This document shows positions 49,831 to 62,476 of a stretch of DNA of 64,000 nucleotides, one piece after another (position 1 is the stretch's first letter; each line of letters begins with the position of its first letter). A program made the position numbers and the translations under genes. This DNA comes from Deltaproteobacteria bacterium (GTDB lineage: Bacteria; Desulfobacterota; Syntrophia; Syntrophales; JAAYKM01): positions 699-64,698 of the forward strand of contig JAAYKM010000091.1 in NCBI GenBank assembly GCA_012522415.1. The letters are read 5' to 3'. The notes beneath the pieces were generated by a model, which saw nothing but the letters and a program-made list of their open reading frames with translations, was not told where the DNA came from and searched no databases.

Positions 49831-52800
49831 CTAACCATTATTCTCACCCAAAGGCAGATCCTCAACGTACTGCGCATCGTCTTCCATATGAATTCCAAGT
49901 TTACGATACATAACCAAACCCGTCCCCGCCGGAATCAACCGACCCATGATCACGTTCTCCTTGAGCCCTCTCAAATAATCCACTTTGCCGGCAAGGCTTG
50001 CTTCGGTGAGTACGCGCGTGGTCTCCTGAAAAGAGGCGGCAGAAATGAAGCTCTGAGTGGAAAGAGACGCTTTGGTAATGCCAAGCAACATCGGCTCGCC
50101 GATGGCTGGTTTCCCCCCCCGCTCTATAACCGCCCTGTTCTCTTCCTGGAAACGGTAACGCTCCACCTGTTCATCGTTGATAAAGCTGGTGTCGCCGGGA
50201 TTGGTCACTTTGACGCGACGGAGCATCTGGCGAACAATGACTTCCAAGTGTTTGTCGCTGATCTTTACGCCCTGGAGTCGATATACTTCCTGAATTTCAT
50301 CAACCAAATACCGTGCGAGAGCCTTTTCACCTTTGATATTCAATAGCTCGTGAGGGTTCTGAACCCCATCCATAAGGGGTTCTCCGGCCGACACCCGATC
50401 ACCCTCCTGGACACTGATGTGTTTCCCCTTGGGGATGAGGTATTCCTTTTCGTCACCGATGTCTGGGATAACCATAACTTTGCGCTTTCCCTTGGTATCC
50501 TTCCCATAAGATACGACCCCGTCAATTTCGCTGAGCACGGCATAGTCCTTGGGCTTCCTCGCCTCGACGAGTTCGGCCACACGAGGCAGACCACCTGTGA
50601 TATCCTTGGTTTTCTGGGTCTCGCGGGGAATCTTCGCAAGAATGTCCCCAGCCACCACGTTATCTCCCTCGGAAACAACGATGTTGACACCGACCGAGAG
50701 GAAATGCCGGGCCACGGCATTGGTCCCCTGGACCTTGGCCGTTTTCCCCTTGTCGTCCTTGAGAGAAATGCGAGGCCGCAGATCGCCGCCCTTGAATTCG
50801 ACAATCACTTTTCGGGACAGGCCGGTCACCTCGTCCACCTGTTCCTGCATGGTTTTGCCTTCAGTGATATCCCCGAATTTCACCACGCCGTCAACCTCGG
50901 CAAGGATCGGAATGGAAAATGGATCCCACTCCGCAATCCGATCCCCTTTTTTGACCGTATCGCCCTCTTTCAATTTCAGGCGGGCGCCATAGGGCACCGT
51001 GTATTTGCCCCGGTTTCGCCCCTGTTCATCCAGAACGTGAACTTCGCCGTTCCTTTTCATGACAACCAGTTCGGACCCGTCTTTGGTAAGAGCCAAATCG
51101 CCTCTTTCCCGTTCAAGGTTGATAATCCGGATCACACCGTTGTGACGGGCATCGAGTGTAGAGTGTTCATCAAATTTTGCCGTACCACCAATATGGAAAG
51201 TGCGCATGGTAAGCTGGGTCCCCGGTTCACCAATGGACTGGGCGGCAATAATGCCGACTGCCTCGCCAATATTGACAAGATGACCGTGTGCCAGGTCACG
51301 CCCATAGCACATGGCACAGACTCCATGCTTGGACTTGCATGTCAGAACCGACCGGATATTGACGCTCTCAATCCCCGCGGAATCGATCTTTTCCGCCAAT
51401 ACCTCATCGATCTCCTGGTTGGTGTGTACAATGATCTCCCCGGTAAAAGGATCCCGGATATCCTCCAAGGCAACGCGTCCCAATACCCTTTCTCCGGCTG
51501 GCTCTATAATTTCTCCACCTTCCATGAGAGCATTCACATAAATACCGTCAACGGTGCCGCAGTCGCGTTCAGTGATAATACAGTCTTGGGCTACATCAAC
51601 CAACCTCCGGGTCAGATAGCCGGAATTCGCTGTTTTCAGCGCCGTATCGGCAAGCCCCTTACGAGCCCCATGGGTTGAGATAAAATACTGAAGTACCGTC
51701 AAGCCCTCCCGAAAATTTGCCGTAATGGGGGTTTCGATAATCTCTCCGGATGGTTTGGCCATCAGCCCTCTCATTCCAGCCAGTTGTCTGATCTGAACAT
51801 TACTCCCTCTGGCACCGGAATCAGCCATCATGTAAACAGGATTGAAGCTCTGTGTTTTAAATGTTTTACCGTCGAGATCGACCACCTCTTCCGTCCCGAT
51901 TCCTTCAAGCATGTCGGAGGCGATTTTCTCCGTCACCTGTGCCCAGATGTCGATCACCATATTGTAACGTTCGCCATCCGTGATCAAGCCATCCATATAC
52001 CTTTTCTGAATCTTCAGCACATCTCGATCGGCCCCGTTAACAATATTTTTTTTACTTTCTGGAATAATCAGGTTATGAATCGTAAAAGATGCACCGGAAG
52101 ATGTCGCATACTTAAACCCCAGATCTTTCAGGCGATCCGCCAGAAGCACCGTTGTTTTATCGCCACAGGTCCGATAGCAATCGCCTATCAAATTGGCGAG
52201 TTCCTTCTTGTTCATGACTTTGTTGATGCTATCGAAGGGTATCTGTTCGGGTACGATTTCAGAAAGGATCACACGCCCCACTGTCGTGTCATGGAACAGG
52301 CCATTGATCCGCACCCTGATTTTCGCTCCCAATTCGACAACGGCCGCATCCAAAGCCTGTCGCACTTCTTCCGGATCGGCAAAAATCATCCCCTCCCCTT
52401 TGGCGAAAGGACGCTCCCGGGTCAGATAATAAATCCCCAAGACAATATCCTGGCTGGGAATAATGATGGGTTTGCCATTGGCCGGCGACAGGATATTATT
52501 CGTCGACATCATGAGAATACGCGCTTCCGCCTGAGCTTCAATGGAGAGAGGCACATGGACGGCCATCTGGTCGCCGTCGAAGTCAGCGTTAAACGCGGCG
52601 CAGACCAGTGGATGCAGTTGAATCGCCTTGCCCTCGATCAGAATGGGTTCGAAGGCCTGAAGCCCCAACCGGTGCAACGTAGGCGCCCGGTTTAGTAAAA
52701 TGGGGTACTCCCGGACCACTTCATCCAGGGCATCCCATACTTCCGCCGTTTCTTTTTCCACCATTTTTTTCGCACTCTTGACGGAATTCACATATCCCTT

Positions 52801-53964
52801 CTCCTGCAGGCGGTTGTAAATGAAAGGTTTGAACAACTCCAAGGCCATTTTTTTCGGCAGGCCACACTGGTGAAGACGCAGATCGGGCCCAACCGTAATG
52901 ACCGAACGGCCTGAATAATCAACACGTTTTCCCAGAAGATTCTGGCGGAAACGTCCCTGTTTCCCCTTAAGCATATCCGACAGAGAGCGGAGGGGTCTTT
53001 TGTTGGTCCCCGTTATGGCACGACCGCGCCGTCCATTGTCAAAGAGTACATCCACCGCCTCCTGGAGCATCCTTTTCTCGTTGCGAATGATGATCTCCGG
53101 GGCATTTAATTCTTGTAATCGTTTTAAACGGTTATTACGGTTGATCACTCGTCGGTAAAGATCATTCAGATCCGACGTCGCAAAACGTCCGCCGTCCAGC
53201 GGAACCAGAGGACGCAGATCGGGTGGAATAACAGGTAAGGTCGTAAGAATCATCCACTCGGGTCGATTTCCCGACTTTTTCAGTGCCTCGACAACTTTCA
53301 AACGCTTGATGAGTTTCTTACGTTTCGTATCCGACGGGGTGGCCCTCAATTCATCCCGAATTTCGATGTCAAGCTGGATCAGATCAACTTCCTCCAGCAG
53401 TTTCCGAATCGCTTCGGCTCCGACACCGGCCTCAAAGGCGTCTTCCCCGTATTGGTCCTGGAGGTCGTTGAAATCTTCCTCGGAAAGGAGCTCTTTTTTT
53501 TTGAGGGGCGTATCCTTGGGGTCCAGGACAATCCAGGATTCAAAATAAAGGACCTTTTCCAGTTCTTTGAGGGTCAGGTCCAGAATGCTCCCAATACGGC
53601 TGGGCAGGCTTTTCAAAAACCAGATATGGGCCACAGGTGTGGCCAGAGTGATATGGCCCATGCGGTCACGACGCACCTTGGACTGAATGACCTCAACACC
53701 GCACTTTTCGCAGACCACTCCCTTGTGTTTCATCCGCTTGTAGCGACCACAAAGGCACTCATAATCCTTCACGGGACCGAAGATCTTTGCACAGAACAAA
53801 CCGTCCCGTTCCGGTTTGAATGTCCTATAATTGATTGTTTCCGGTTTCTTCACTTCACCGTAGGACCACGACAGTACCTGATCGGGCGAAGCGATGGCTA
53901 TTTTTATGGCATTGAACCGAATTGGATCTTTCGGTCTCTCAAAATAACTAAAAACGTCTTCCAC
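49831..53964 (-). CDS. rpoC: DNA-directed RNA polymerase subunit beta'
   Basis: 1377 aa with the catalytic [12 protein letters not shown] and the zinc-finger [20 protein letters not shown]. Confidence 0.98.
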   Translation of the reverse strand: MEDVFSYFERPKDPIRFNAIKIAIASPDQVLSWSYGEVKKPETINYRTFKPERDGLFCAKIFGPVKDYECLCGRYKRMKHKGVVCEKCGVEVIQSKVRRDRMGHITLATPVAHIWFLKSLPSRIGSILDLTLKELEKVLYFESWIVLDPKDTPLKKKELLSEEDFNDLQDQYGEDAFEAGVGAEAIRKLLEEVDLIQLDIEIRDELRATPSDTKRKKLIKRLKVVEALKKSGNRPEWMILTTLPVIPPDLRPLVPLDGGRFATSDLNDLYRRVINRNNRLKRLQELNAPEIIIRNEKRMLQEAVDVLFDNGRRGRAITGTNKRPLRSLSDMLKGKQGRFRQNLLGKRVDYSGRSVITVGPDLRLHQCGLPKKMALELFKPFIYNRLQEKGYVNSVKSAKKMVEKETAEVWDALDEVVREYPILLNRAPTLHRLGLQAFEPILIEGKAIQLHPLVCAAFNADFDGDQMAVHVPLSIEAQAEARILMMSTNNILSPANGKPIIIPSQDIVLGIYYLTRERPFAKGEGMIFADPEEVRQALDAAVVELGAKIRVRINGLFHDTTVGRVILSEIVPEQIPFDSINKVMNKKELANLIGDCYRTCGDKTTVLLADRLKDLGFKYATSSGASFTIHNLIIPESKKNIVNGADRDVLKIQKRYMDGLITDGERYNMVIDIWAQVTEKIASDMLEGIGTEEVVDLDGKTFKTQSFNPVYMMADSGARGSNVQIRQLAGMRGLMAKPSGEIIETPITANFREGLTVLQYFISTHGARKGLADTALKTANSGYLTRRLVDVAQDCIITERDCGTVDGIYVNALMEGGEIIEPAGERVLGRVALEDIRDPFTGEIIVHTNQEIDEVLAEKIDSAGIESVNIRSVLTCKSKHGVCAMCYGRDLAHGHLVNIGEAVGIIAAQSIGEPGTQLTMRTFHIGGTAKFDEHSTLDARHNGVIRIINLERERGDLALTKDGSELVVMKRNGEVHVLDEQGRNRGKYTVPYGARLKLKEGDTVKKGDRIAEWDPFSIPILAEVDGVVKFGDITEGKTMQEQVDEVTGLSRKVIVEFKGGDLRPRISLKDDKGKTAKVQGTNAVARHFLSVGVNIVVSEGDNVVAGDILAKIPRETQKTKDITGGLPRVAELVEARKPKDYAVLSEIDGVVSYGKDTKGKRKVMVIPDIGDEKEYLIPKGKHISVQEGDRVSAGEPLMDGVQNPHELLNIKGEKALARYLVDEIQEVYRLQGVKISDKHLEVIVRQMLRRVKVTNPGDTSFINDEQVERYRFQEENRAVIERGGKPAIGEPMLLGITKASLSTQSFISAASFQETTRVLTEASLAGKVDYLRGLKENVIMGRLIPAGTGLVMYRKLGIHMEDDAQYVEDLPLGENNG

Positions 53965-54041
53965 GGATTATATCTCCTGATGCATCGTTACGCGCAATCA
54001 CTTGCGAATGGTCGATCACACTGTCGTCCTCACTAAGCTGA

Positions 54042-57000
54042 TTACTCCTCCTCAATTAATTCGACGTCAAGACAGAGACTTTGCAGTTCCTTGACCAACA
54101 CGTTAAAGGATTCGGGGACACCCGGTTCAGTCGTGTGTTCACCCTTGACGATGGCTTCATACATTCGGGTTCTCCCCGTCACATCATCGGCTTTAACAGT
54201 AAGGAATTCCTGTAAGGAGTAGGCGGCACCATAGGCCTCCATGGCCCACACCTCCATTTCCCCCAGTCTCTGTCCGCCGAATTGGGCCTTGCCGCCCAGC
54301 GGTTGCTGTGTAACCAGGGAATAGGGACCAATGGATCGCGCATGAATTTTGTTATCAACCAGATGGTGGAGCTTGAGCATGTAAATCATTCCAACGGTAA
54401 TAGGCTGATCGAAAGGCTCGCCCGTTCTGCCATCAAACAATATCGTCTGGCCTCGTTCGGGCAGGTTTGCAGCCTTCATGATTTTTTTGATTTCTTCCTC
54501 TTCGACACCGTCAAAAACCGGGGATGCTACAGGAACGCCCTTTTTAAGATCTTCCACAAATTCAATTATCTTCCCCGGCGGCGCCTGTTCCACAAATGCG
54601 TTGAACTCGGGCATCTCGTAAAGATTCTTAAGCTCCTTTCGAATCTTGTCAGAATCGGTCTCCATTTCCACCAAGTGGGTCAGCTGTTCACCCATTCCCT
54701 TGACGGCCAAGCCAAGATAAGCCTCCAAAATCTGCCCCACATTCATTCGAGATGGTACACCCAAAGGATTCAACACGATATCTACCGGCGTCCCGTCAGC
54801 GAAATAAGGCATGTCTTCTTCCGGCAGAACACGCGACAAGACTCCTTTGTTCCCGTGACGACCGGCCATTTTGTCGCCTACTGATAATTTTCGCTTGATC
54901 GCGACATAAATTTTTACCAGCTTGATCACACCTGGAGGTAACTCATCACTGGCCTTGATTTTTTCCAGTTTCTGATCGAAGTAGTCTTGTACCACCTCTT
55001 CCTTCCGCGCCAAATTCGACAGCAGAACGTCTATCTCTTTCTCGATTTCATCCCCATCGGATACAGAGATTTCTCGCAAGAACGGCAGAGGAATCTCATT
55101 GAGTATTTCGGCCGTGATAGTATCCCCTTTTTTCAGAACGGTTCGTCTTTTTGCATCCATAATTTTCCCGGCGGCAACCCTGCCGGTCAACAGTTCTGAA
55201 ATCTTCTTTTTGACCGTTTCTGTAGCGATACGGATTTCATCATCTCGATCTTTTCTCAGTTGTTCTATGCTTTCTTCTTCGATAAACTGGGAAAGACGAT
55301 CCTTTTCCGTCCCCTTCCGAGTAAAGATCTTGGCATCAATAACGGTCCCTTCCACTCCTGGCGGCACACGCAGGGAAGTATCTCTCACATCGCTCGCTTT
55401 TTCCCCGAAAATGGCGCGAAGGAGCTTCTCTTCCGCCGAAAGCTGTGTTTCGCCTTTCGGCGTGACCTTGCCGACGAGAATATCACCTGCTTTCACCGCT
55501 GTACCCATGCGAATGATCCCGTCTTCATCGAGGTTCCGCAAAACATCTTCACCAACATTGGGAATGTCACGGGTAATTTCTTCCTTTCCCAATTTGGTGT
55601 CTCTGGCCATGGTTTCGAACTCTTCAATGTGGATCGATGTATAGACATCCTCCTTGACAATCCGCTCACTGACCAGTATGGAGTCCTCGTAATTGTAGCC
55701 ACCCCATGCCATGAAAGCAACCATGACATTACGCCCCAGAGCCAGTTCGCCATTGTCGACAGCCGGACCATCGGCAATGACATCGCCTGTTTTCACACGT
55801 GCTCCCTTCTCTACGATAGGTTTCTGGTTGAAGCAGGTATCCTGGTTGGAACGATGGTACTTGACCAAATTATAAATATCCACACCCGTATCGGTGCTGT
55901 CACGGCCAGACTCGTCGCTGCGAATAACAATGCGCAGGGCGTCGACGCTTTCCACCACCCCAGCACGCTTTGCCACGATAACGGCGCCGGAATCTCGCGC
56001 CACAATCGCCTCCATACCTGTACCGACTAGAGGCGCTTCAGGTTTTATCAGTGGCACAGCCTGTCGCTGCATATTGGACCCCATCAGGGCGCGGTTGGCA
56101 TCATCATGTTCCAGGAAAGGGATCAACGTCGCCGCCACACTCACGAGCTGGTTTGGCGATACATCCATCATGTTGACTTCCGTCGGCACACAGGCCAGAA
56201 AGTTCTCTCCCCGTCGAACCGAAACAAGATCTCCGAGAAAATGACCGTCAGGGCTAATAGGCGTGTCCGCCGGCGCTATAACCTGGTTCTCTTCTTCGAT
56301 TGCCGTTAAAAATCGAATCTCATCCGACACATGACCGTTTTCGACAACCCGATAAGGCGTTTCGATGAATCCGAATTCATTTACCCGGGCGTAGCTGCTC
56401 AAGGATACAATCAACCCAATATTGGGGCCTTCCGGCGTCTCCACCGGACAAATACGACCATAATGTGTCGGATGGACATCACGTACTTCAAAACCTGCCC
56501 GCTCCCTGGTCAATCCACCGGGCCCCAGGGCAGACAATCGCCGTTTATGTGTAATTTCAGACAGGGGATTCGTTTGATCCATGAATTGGGATAATTGACT
56601 GCTTCCGAAGAATTCGCTTACCACCGCCGAAACCGGTTTTGCGTTGACCAAATCGTGAGGCATCATGGTTTCAATATCCTGGAGACTCATTTTTTCCTTG
56701 ACGGCCCTCTCCATCCTGACCATGCCGATCCGATACTGATTCTCGATCAACTCTCCTACTGAACGCACCCTCCGGTTTCCCAGGTGGTCAATATCGTCTA
56801 CACTACAATCGTGAGCACCGTTTTTCAGATCCAGAAGATACTTGACCGCCGCTAAGACATCCTCATTGCGTAAAATCGTCACGTCTGTCGCAACATCCAG
56901 ACGCAATTTATAATTCATCTTCGCCCGACCAACAGCGGAAAGATCATATGTATCCGCCTGGAAGAACAAACTGCCAAAGAACTTTCGTGCCGTCTCAGGC

Positions 57001-58151
57001 GTGGGAGGGCTACTGGGACGCAAACGCCGATAGATCTCCATGACCGCATCTTCCTCAGAATCAATGCGATCCATGAGAAGCGTATCCCGAATAGAGGCGT
57101 TTTCCATATCCTCGTCAAGCCGGATAAAATCACATTCCGTCACGCCTCTCTCGCGCAGCATTTCCAGCCCGTCCAAGCTCAATGTCTCGTTGCATTTCAG
57201 CAGCGTCTCTCCCGTTAAGGGATCAAGGACATCAGCGACAAGGACCTCGTCCACGATATCCTCGGGGGTGACGTCAATCCTGTTGATCCCGGCTTCCGTC
57301 AAACGACGCAGAAGTACCCTGGATATCTTTCTTCCCTTTTTGGCAATGACTTCTCCTGTTTTCGTATCTCGAATATCATTGGGGGCTCTTTCGTCAATCA
57401 ACGTTTCATTGATGGGAATGAACATTTTCTCCCCCTCGATCAGCACCTTCTGAACACCATAGAAATATTTCAGGATAAATTCCGTGGAATTCCCCATAGC
57501 CTTCAAAAGAATCGTTACAGGCATTTTTCTCCGCCTGTCGATTCTCACATAGAGCAAATCCTTGGAGTCGAATTCCAGATCCAGCCAAGACCCACGGATC
57601 GGGATAATCCGGGCGGAATAAATCAATTTTCCGCTCGTCACCGTTTTCCCCTTGTCATGGTCATAGAAAATGCCCGGGGAACGGTGTAATTGGCTGACAA
57701 TAACCCTTTCCGTACCATTGACAATAAACGTACCCGTATCGGTCATCAAGGGAATTTCCCCGAAAAAGATCTCCTGCTCCTTGACATCGCGTATTTGCCT
57801 TGTTTCTCCTGAAACCTTCTCCTGATCCGGTGTTTTTTCTATATCAAAGACAACCAGACGGGCAACGATCCTAAGAGGCGCAGCATAAGTCAGGCCTTTC
57901 TGCAGACACTCCTTGACATCGTAGCGAGGCTCGCCGATTTTGTAACTGACAAACTCCAGAGAACATTTTCCACTGAAATCGGAAATGGGGAAGGCGCTCC
58001 TGAAGGCCCCCTGAAGGCCAATGTTGGCCCTTTCCCCTGGTTCCACATCCCGCTGGAGAAACTTCTCATAAGACTTCGTTTGGATATCGAGGAGATTCGG
58101 AATATCCAGAATCTTTTTTATACACCCTAGATTTTTTCTAAACTCTGCCAT
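54042..58151 (-). CDS. rpoB: DNA-directed RNA polymerase subunit beta
   Basis: 1369 aa with [17 protein letters not shown] (rifampicin cluster I region) and [12 protein letters not shown]. Confidence 0.98.
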   Translation of the reverse strand: MAEFRKNLGCIKKILDIPNLLDIQTKSYEKFLQRDVEPGERANIGLQGAFRSAFPISDFSGKCSLEFVSYKIGEPRYDVKECLQKGLTYAAPLRIVARLVVFDIEKTPDQEKVSGETRQIRDVKEQEIFFGEIPLMTDTGTFIVNGTERVIVSQLHRSPGIFYDHDKGKTVTSGKLIYSARIIPIRGSWLDLEFDSKDLLYVRIDRRRKMPVTILLKAMGNSTEFILKYFYGVQKVLIEGEKMFIPINETLIDERAPNDIRDTKTGEVIAKKGRKISRVLLRRLTEAGINRIDVTPEDIVDEVLVADVLDPLTGETLLKCNETLSLDGLEMLRERGVTECDFIRLDEDMENASIRDTLLMDRIDSEEDAVMEIYRRLRPSSPPTPETARKFFGSLFFQADTYDLSAVGRAKMNYKLRLDVATDVTILRNEDVLAAVKYLLDLKNGAHDCSVDDIDHLGNRRVRSVGELIENQYRIGMVRMERAVKEKMSLQDIETMMPHDLVNAKPVSAVVSEFFGSSQLSQFMDQTNPLSEITHKRRLSALGPGGLTRERAGFEVRDVHPTHYGRICPVETPEGPNIGLIVSLSSYARVNEFGFIETPYRVVENGHVSDEIRFLTAIEEENQVIAPADTPISPDGHFLGDLVSVRRGENFLACVPTEVNMMDVSPNQLVSVAATLIPFLEHDDANRALMGSNMQRQAVPLIKPEAPLVGTGMEAIVARDSGAVIVAKRAGVVESVDALRIVIRSDESGRDSTDTGVDIYNLVKYHRSNQDTCFNQKPIVEKGARVKTGDVIADGPAVDNGELALGRNVMVAFMAWGGYNYEDSILVSERIVKEDVYTSIHIEEFETMARDTKLGKEEITRDIPNVGEDVLRNLDEDGIIRMGTAVKAGDILVGKVTPKGETQLSAEEKLLRAIFGEKASDVRDTSLRVPPGVEGTVIDAKIFTRKGTEKDRLSQFIEEESIEQLRKDRDDEIRIATETVKKKISELLTGRVAAGKIMDAKRRTVLKKGDTITAEILNEIPLPFLREISVSDGDEIEKEIDVLLSNLARKEEVVQDYFDQKLEKIKASDELPPGVIKLVKIYVAIKRKLSVGDKMAGRHGNKGVLSRVLPEEDMPYFADGTPVDIVLNPLGVPSRMNVGQILEAYLGLAVKGMGEQLTHLVEMETDSDKIRKELKNLYEMPEFNAFVEQAPPGKIIEFVEDLKKGVPVASPVFDGVEEEEIKKIMKAANLPERGQTILFDGRTGEPFDQPITVGMIYMLKLHHLVDNKIHARSIGPYSLVTQQPLGGKAQFGGQRLGEMEVWAMEAYGAAYSLQEFLTVKADDVTGRTRMYEAIVKGEHTTEPGVPESFNVLVKELQSLCLDVELIEEE

Positions 58152-58436
58152 ATCGCCCCATGGAATTACCTTTAAAATTCTTCATTTTATCCGCATTTTG
58201 TGACATACAGAGCATCCATGAAAGACAAGCGAAGCAAACCCGCGGATATGCTTCGGTCTGCCTCGCCGCTCTGATGTCTAACATGACCACACCAACACGT
58301 TGGGGTGGAACCTTGATTTCAGGAACGCGCATCAATAAGGTTTACCCCGGTCATCCAAGCCTGTCTTCGTCTCACCTGACCAGCTTCTCCAACCAAAGAA
58401 CAAGAAGCCGATGGATTGTCGTACCGATAGATTTTC

Positions 58437-58823
58437 CTACTTGATCTCCACGGCACCGCCCACTTCTTCAATCTTCTTTTTGATGTCCTCGGCTTCGTCC
58501 TTCTGCACGGCCTCTTTGATCGGCTTCGGCACACCTTCCACCAGATCCTTCGCCTCTTTCAGTCCCAGACCGGTGATGGCCCGAACAACCTTAATGACTT
58601 GAATCTTCTCATTGCCAAATCCCGTGAGGACCACATCAAACTCGGTCTTCTCCTCGGCAGCTGTTGCCGCTGCCGCCGCAGGCGTTCCAGCTGCCGCTAC
58701 CGCCACAGGCGCCGCTGCAGATACACCGAACTTCTCCTCCAATTCCTTTACAAGTTCCGAAAGCTCGAGAACCGTCATTCCTTCAATAAAACTTACGACA
58801 TCCGCCTTAGTAATCTCTGCCAT
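58437..58823 (-). CDS. rplL: 50S ribosomal protein L7/L12
   Basis: Ala-rich hinge [27 protein letters not shown] and [21 protein letters not shown]. Confidence 0.97.
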   Translation of the reverse strand: MAEITKADVVSFIEGMTVLELSELVKELEEKFGVSAAAPVAVAAAGTPAAAAATAAEEKTEFDVVLTGFGNEKIQVIKVVRAITGLGLKEAKDLVEGVPKPIKEAVQKDEAEDIKKKIEEVGGAVEIK

Positions 58824-58847
58824 TTTTGTTATCCTTCCTATCGATTT

Positions 58848-59372
58848 TTAGTTATCGTTTTCTTTTTTAACCCTGTACGCATCAAGAACCTGTACCAAAC
58901 CCCTCGGTACGGCACTTAAAACGTTGACCAAAGATGTCTGCACACCAACCATGACGGAAAGCAGTTTGGCCAAGAGGACCTCTCTACCAGGCAATTCCGC
59001 CAAGGCGTTGATCTGTGAGACGTCCAAAACTTTTCCCTCAAGCACACCGGCGACAAGTTCCAATTGCGCATTTTTTTTGGCAAAATCGACCAGTGTTTTA
59101 GCCGGCTCCACCACGTCACCGTTGTTGAGGACAATGGCCAAAGGCCCCTTCAGGTAATCTTTCAGGACTGCCGCACACGTGTCTCTGGAAGCAATCTCCA
59201 AAAGGGTGTTTTTGACGACCCGCAGCTCTGTGTCGGATTTTCTCAGGGCGTTTCTCAGGGCTGTGATCTTTTCGACATTAAGACCACTGTAATTCGCAAG
59301 GACTGCGAGCCTCACTCCTTCCAGTTTGTCATGAAGCTCTGCGATAACTTTTTCTTTCGTTCTCCGATCCAA
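58848..59372 (-). CDS. rplJ: 50S ribosomal protein L10
   Basis: Lies upstream of rplL. KEKVIAELHDKL and YSGLNVEKITALR. A TTG start at 59372 is 7 nt after GGAGGAAGGAGG; the ORF is open to 59411. Confidence 0.93.
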   Translation of the reverse strand: MDRRTKEKVIAELHDKLEGVRLAVLANYSGLNVEKITALRNALRKSDTELRVVKNTLLEIASRDTCAAVLKDYLKGPLAIVLNNGDVVEPAKTLVDFAKKNAQLELVAGVLEGKVLDVSQINALAELPGREVLLAKLLSVMVGVQTSLVNVLSAVPRGLVQVLDAYRVKKENDN

Positions 59373-59578
59373 TATCCAACCTCCTTCCTCCGTTCGAATG
59401 GGCCATTGCATCCCCTGCTGTGTGGACGCACGATATGAAAGTCAGAGAACAAAAACGTACAGAAAGGACATACCCCTACACCAGCAAATCATCATTTCGT
59501 CTCGGCAGGCCGCCAAGGTCCGATTTAAACTATTCTGTACCTGCTGTCTCAGACTTAAAGTTAGACAAATAATGAATA
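59373..59578 (-). promoter_or_regulatory. Possible L10 (rplJ) autoregulatory leader
   Basis: A 206-nt untranslated spacer between rplA and rplJ. A long-range imperfect helix pairs GUCUGAGACAGCAGGUACAG with CUGUACGUUUUUGUUCUCUGAC. The position matches that of known L10 leaders. Confidence 0.35.
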
Positions 59579-60280
59579 TCAGTTAATATTCCTCACATCC
59601 AGGGGGTCAACCTTGACCCCGGGACCCATGGTCGTAGAAATTGAGATACTCCGCATATAAACACCCTTGCTGGATGCGGGTTTCAATTTGATAATGGTTT
59701 CCAGAAGTGTGGCGATATTATCTCTCAGTTTTTCCACACCAAACGATACCTTACCGACCGGACTATGGATGATACCGGCCTTTTCAACGCGAAATTCAAC
59801 CTTGCCCGCCTTGAGTTCCTGAACGGCATTGGCCACATCGAAAGTGACCGTCCCGACTTTCGGGTTCGGCATAAGTCCGCGAGGGCCGAGGATTTTGCCA
59901 ATTTTACCCACGCTGCCCATCATATCCGGGGTTGCCACCGTCTTATCGAACTCAAGCCAACCACCCTTGATTTTCTCAACAAGATCATCGCCGCCCACCA
60001 CATCAGCTCCGGCTTCCAGCGCCTCTTTTTCCTTTTCCCCTTTGGCAAAAACGAGTACACGAACCGTCTTGCCAAGTCCATGAGGCAAAACAACGCTGCC
60101 GCGGATCATCTGGTCGGCATGGGCAGGATTGACCCCCAAACGAATCGCCGCATCAACCGTTTCATCAAACTTCGCTCTGGCCGTACGAATTGAAAGATCA
60201 ATGGCTTCCTGCAGAGTGTACCGTCTATTCGGCTCAATCTGCGCTTTAGCTTTTACAAACTCTTTTCCTTTTCGAGACAT
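59579..60280 (-). CDS. rplA: 50S ribosomal protein L1
   Basis: [15 protein letters not shown] and [14 protein letters not shown]. Confidence 0.97.
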   Translation of the reverse strand: MSRKGKEFVKAKAQIEPNRRYTLQEAIDLSIRTARAKFDETVDAAIRLGVNPAHADQMIRGSVVLPHGLGKTVRVLVFAKGEKEKEALEAGADVVGGDDLVEKIKGGWLEFDKTVATPDMMGSVGKIGKILGPRGLMPNPKVGTVTFDVANAVQELKAGKVEFRVEKAGIIHSPVGKVSFGVEKLRDNIATLLETIIKLKPASSKGVYMRSISISTTMGPGVKVDPLDVRNIN

Positions 60281-60301
60281 GACGAAAACCTCTATTTCTT
60301 T

Positions 60302-60727
60302 TTAACCAACCACCTCTATCCCCATGGACCGTGCCGTTCCAGAGATAATCCGGATGGCGTTATCCAAATCCACTGCGTTCAAATCCTTGTACTTCAATTC
60401 TGCAATTTCCTTTATCTGTCCTGACGTGACTGATCCAACCTTGTCCCGGTTTGGCACCCCGGAACCTTTGGCAATCTTGGCCGCCTGTTTCAGAAGTACC
60501 GAGGCCGGCGGGGTTTTCGTGACAAACGTGAAGGACCGGTCTGAATAAACAGTGATCACAACAGGGATGACCGTTCCCTCCTGATTCTGTGTCATGGCGT
60601 TATAGGCCTTACAAAACTCCATAATATTCACACCATGCTGCCCCAAAGCGGGACCGATCGGCGGTGAGGGTGTCGCCTTCCCGGCTTTGATTTGTAGTTT
60701 TATGCTCGCAATAATCTTCTTTGCCAT
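60302..60727 (-). CDS. rplK: 50S ribosomal protein L11
   Basis: [40 protein letters not shown]. Confidence 0.97.
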   Translation of the reverse strand: MAKKIIASIKLQIKAGKATPSPPIGPALGQHGVNIMEFCKAYNAMTQNQEGTVIPVVITVYSDRSFTFVTKTPPASVLLKQAAKIAKGSGVPNRDKVGSVTSGQIKEIAELKYKDLNAVDLDNAIRIISGTARSMGIEVVG

Positions 60728-60783
60728 AATGACCACCTATTCTTTTCTATCAACGCCTGTCCTTTACTTCGCTGCTTTTCGTG

Positions 60784-61314
60784 TCAATTCTGTATCACTT
60801 GGATAAAGTCCAGTTCGACAGGCGTCGGACGACCAAATATACTCACGATAACACGGAGTTTACCCTTTTCGGGTCTTACTTCATCAATGACTCCGTCAAA
60901 ATTTGTGAACGGCCCGTCGATGACGCGGACATGATCTCCTACATCGAACTTGAATTTGGGCTGCGGTTTTAAGGTTCCCTCATCAATCCGTGTAATCAGA
61001 TTTTCGACGTCCTTATCCGGAACCGGGGACGGCTTGTCCTTGCTCCCGATAAACCCTGTAACTTTGGGCGTATCCTTGACAATGTGCCATGTCTCATCGT
61101 TCAACTTCATCCGAACCAGAATATATCCCGGGAAAAATTTCCTCTTTGATGTTTTTCTCTCCCCTGAAACCAACTCCACAACGTTTTCTTCCGGAATCAA
61201 AATGTCCGAAAAAAAATCCTGCTTCCCCTCGGTTTTAATGCGTTCCTCCAGAGAAAGTTTTACTTTGTTTTCAAACCCTGAATAAGTATGAACAACATAC
61301 CACCTGAATTCCAT
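60784..61314 (-). CDS. nusG: Transcription termination/antitermination factor NusG
   Basis: WYVVHTYSGFENKV, FPGYILV and the KOW motif GDHVRVIDGPF. The ATG at 61314 gives 176 aa. Confidence 0.95.
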   Translation of the reverse strand: MEFRWYVVHTYSGFENKVKLSLEERIKTEGKQDFFSDILIPEENVVELVSGERKTSKRKFFPGYILVRMKLNDETWHIVKDTPKVTGFIGSKDKPSPVPDKDVENLITRIDEGTLKPQPKFKFDVGDHVRVIDGPFTNFDGVIDEVRPEKGKLRVIVSIFGRPTPVELDFIQVIQN

Positions 61315-61318
61315 ATTG

Positions 61319-61522
61319 TTAACCCAACAACGCCTTAATGATCTTGGCCAGCCCAAAATCCACAAGCCCCAAAAAGAGGGACACGATGATTACCACAACC
61401 AACACAACCCCTGTGGACGCAAACGTCTGTTTGCGCGTTGGCCAGGTCACTTTCCTCAATTCGGCTCTCGCCTCTCCTAAAAACTGGCGAATCCTAAACA
61501 GAACCAGTTTAATCTTGTCCAT
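61319..61522 (-). CDS. secE: Preprotein translocase subunit SecE
   Basis: ELRKVTWPTRKQT followed by a single TM helix. Lies upstream of nusG. Confidence 0.9.
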   Translation of the reverse strand: MDKIKLVLFRIRQFLGEARAELRKVTWPTRKQTFASTGVVLVVVIIVSLFLGLVDFGLAKIIKALLG

Positions 61523-61567
61523 TAAGTTACCCAATCAATCTCGCACCCTTTGATTTCATAAAGTGAA

Positions 61568-61644
61568 TGGCAGGCCAGGAGGGATTCGAACCCCCAGCAT
61601 CCGGATTTGGAGTCCGGCGCTCTATCCATTAGAGCTACTGGCCT
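61568..61644 (-). tRNA. tRNA-Trp (CCA)
   Basis: Cloverleaf folded by hand: AGGCCAG/CTGGCCT acceptor stem, anticodon loop CUCCAAA, TTCGAAT T-loop and an encoded CCA. Confidence 0.92.
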
Positions 61645-61681
61645 GTTTTTTCCATGCAAAATGATTCCGTGTAAAGAGACG

Positions 61682-61831
61682 TTATTTCGTTTCTCGATGC
61701 GGGGTATGGGTCCGACAAAACTTGCAGTATTTTTTTAACTCGAGACGACCCTGCATCGTTCTTTTGTTTTTTGTTGTTGAGTAGTTTCGTTGTTTGCATT
61801 CCGTGCAGGCCAATAAAATGATATTTCTCAT
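61682..61831 (-). CDS. rpmG: 50S ribosomal protein L33
   Basis: [24 protein letters not shown]...[15 protein letters not shown] (49 aa). The longer ORF would run into the tRNA-Thr. Confidence 0.93.
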   Translation of the reverse strand: MRNIILLACTECKQRNYSTTKNKRTMQGRLELKKYCKFCRTHTPHRETK

Positions 61832-61854
61832 AGAAGTCTCTTCATTCCTTTTTA

Positions 61855-61930
61855 TGGAGCCCACGACCAGAATTGAACTGGTGACCTCATCCTTACCAAG
61901 GATGTGCTCTACCGACTGAGCTACGTGGGC
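61855..61930 (-). tRNA. tRNA-Thr (GGU)
   Basis: GCCCACG/CGTGGGC acceptor stem, anticodon loop UUGGUAA, T-loop TTCAATT and an encoded CCA. Confidence 0.92.
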
Positions 61931-62021
61931 CGGTTGATATCAGAAAATAACCCGCGACCTACCCTGTTCAGGCCTCTTCCGACTGGCTTCTGAAGGACAC
62001 AGGCACCGTTTCAAATTTCAT

Positions 62022-62097
62022 GGAGCGGGAAACGGGATTCGAACCCGCGACCCTCAGCTTGGAAGGCTGACGCTCTAGCCACTGAGCTACTCCCGCT
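62022..62097 (-). tRNA. tRNA-Gly (UCC)
   Basis: GCGGGAG acceptor stem, anticodon loop CUUCCAA, T-loop TTCGAAT and an encoded CCA. Confidence 0.92.
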
Positions 62098-62141
62098 TCG
62101 CTTCTTTTAAAAAAATAGAATAATGAGTCAATCATTATAAA

Positions 62142-62226
62142 TGGTGGAGGGGGGAGGATTTGAACCTCCGAAGGCATCGCCGGCAGATTTACAGTCTGCT
62201 CCCTTTGACCACTCGGGAACCCCTCC
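62142..62226 (-). tRNA. tRNA-Tyr (GUA)
   Basis: GGAGGGG/CCCCTCC acceptor stem, anticodon loop CUGUAAA, a long variable arm, 85 nt and an encoded CCA. Confidence 0.92.
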
Positions 62227-62242
62227 AATTTTGCGCCATATC

Positions 62243-62318
62243 TGGAGCTGGCGATGGGACTCGAACCCGCAACCTGCTGATTACAAATCAGCTGCTCTAC
62301 CTGTTGAGCTACGCCAGC
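62243..62318 (-). tRNA. tRNA-Thr (UGU)
   Basis: GCTGGCG/CGCCAGC acceptor stem, anticodon loop UUUGUAA and T-loop TTCGAGT. One C-A mismatch in the T-stem. Confidence 0.85.
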
Positions 62319-62395
62319 TGCTATGTTTCAATCCCGCCTAAAGGCCAACCTTTTTATATTGCAGGCACACGCGCTCCTCTAAATGAGAAATGCGG

Positions 62396-62424
62396 AATTT
62401 AGTTTGATTCACGATCTTTGTCAA
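62396..62424 (-). promoter_or_regulatory. Putative sigma70 promoter of the tRNA cluster
   Basis: On the minus strand, TTGACA (62424-62419), 17-nt spacer, TAAATT (62401-62396), about 70 nt upstream of the first tRNA. Confidence 0.4.
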
Positions 62425-62476
62425 GAAATTTCTTTTAGGCGAAGTTTCCCGCCTTAATCCACGGAGCGTCTTCACC

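Noticed and set aside
61568-62318. The tRNA cluster as an integration hotspot for a genomic island.
   Set aside because: There is no integrase, no duplicated tRNA 3' end or att-like direct repeat, and no block of foreign-looking genes on either side.
61968-62402. Three ORFs of 66-86 aa on both strands over the tRNA cluster.
   Set aside because: They coincide exactly with four hand-folded tRNAs, so they are artefacts of stop-free tRNA sequence.
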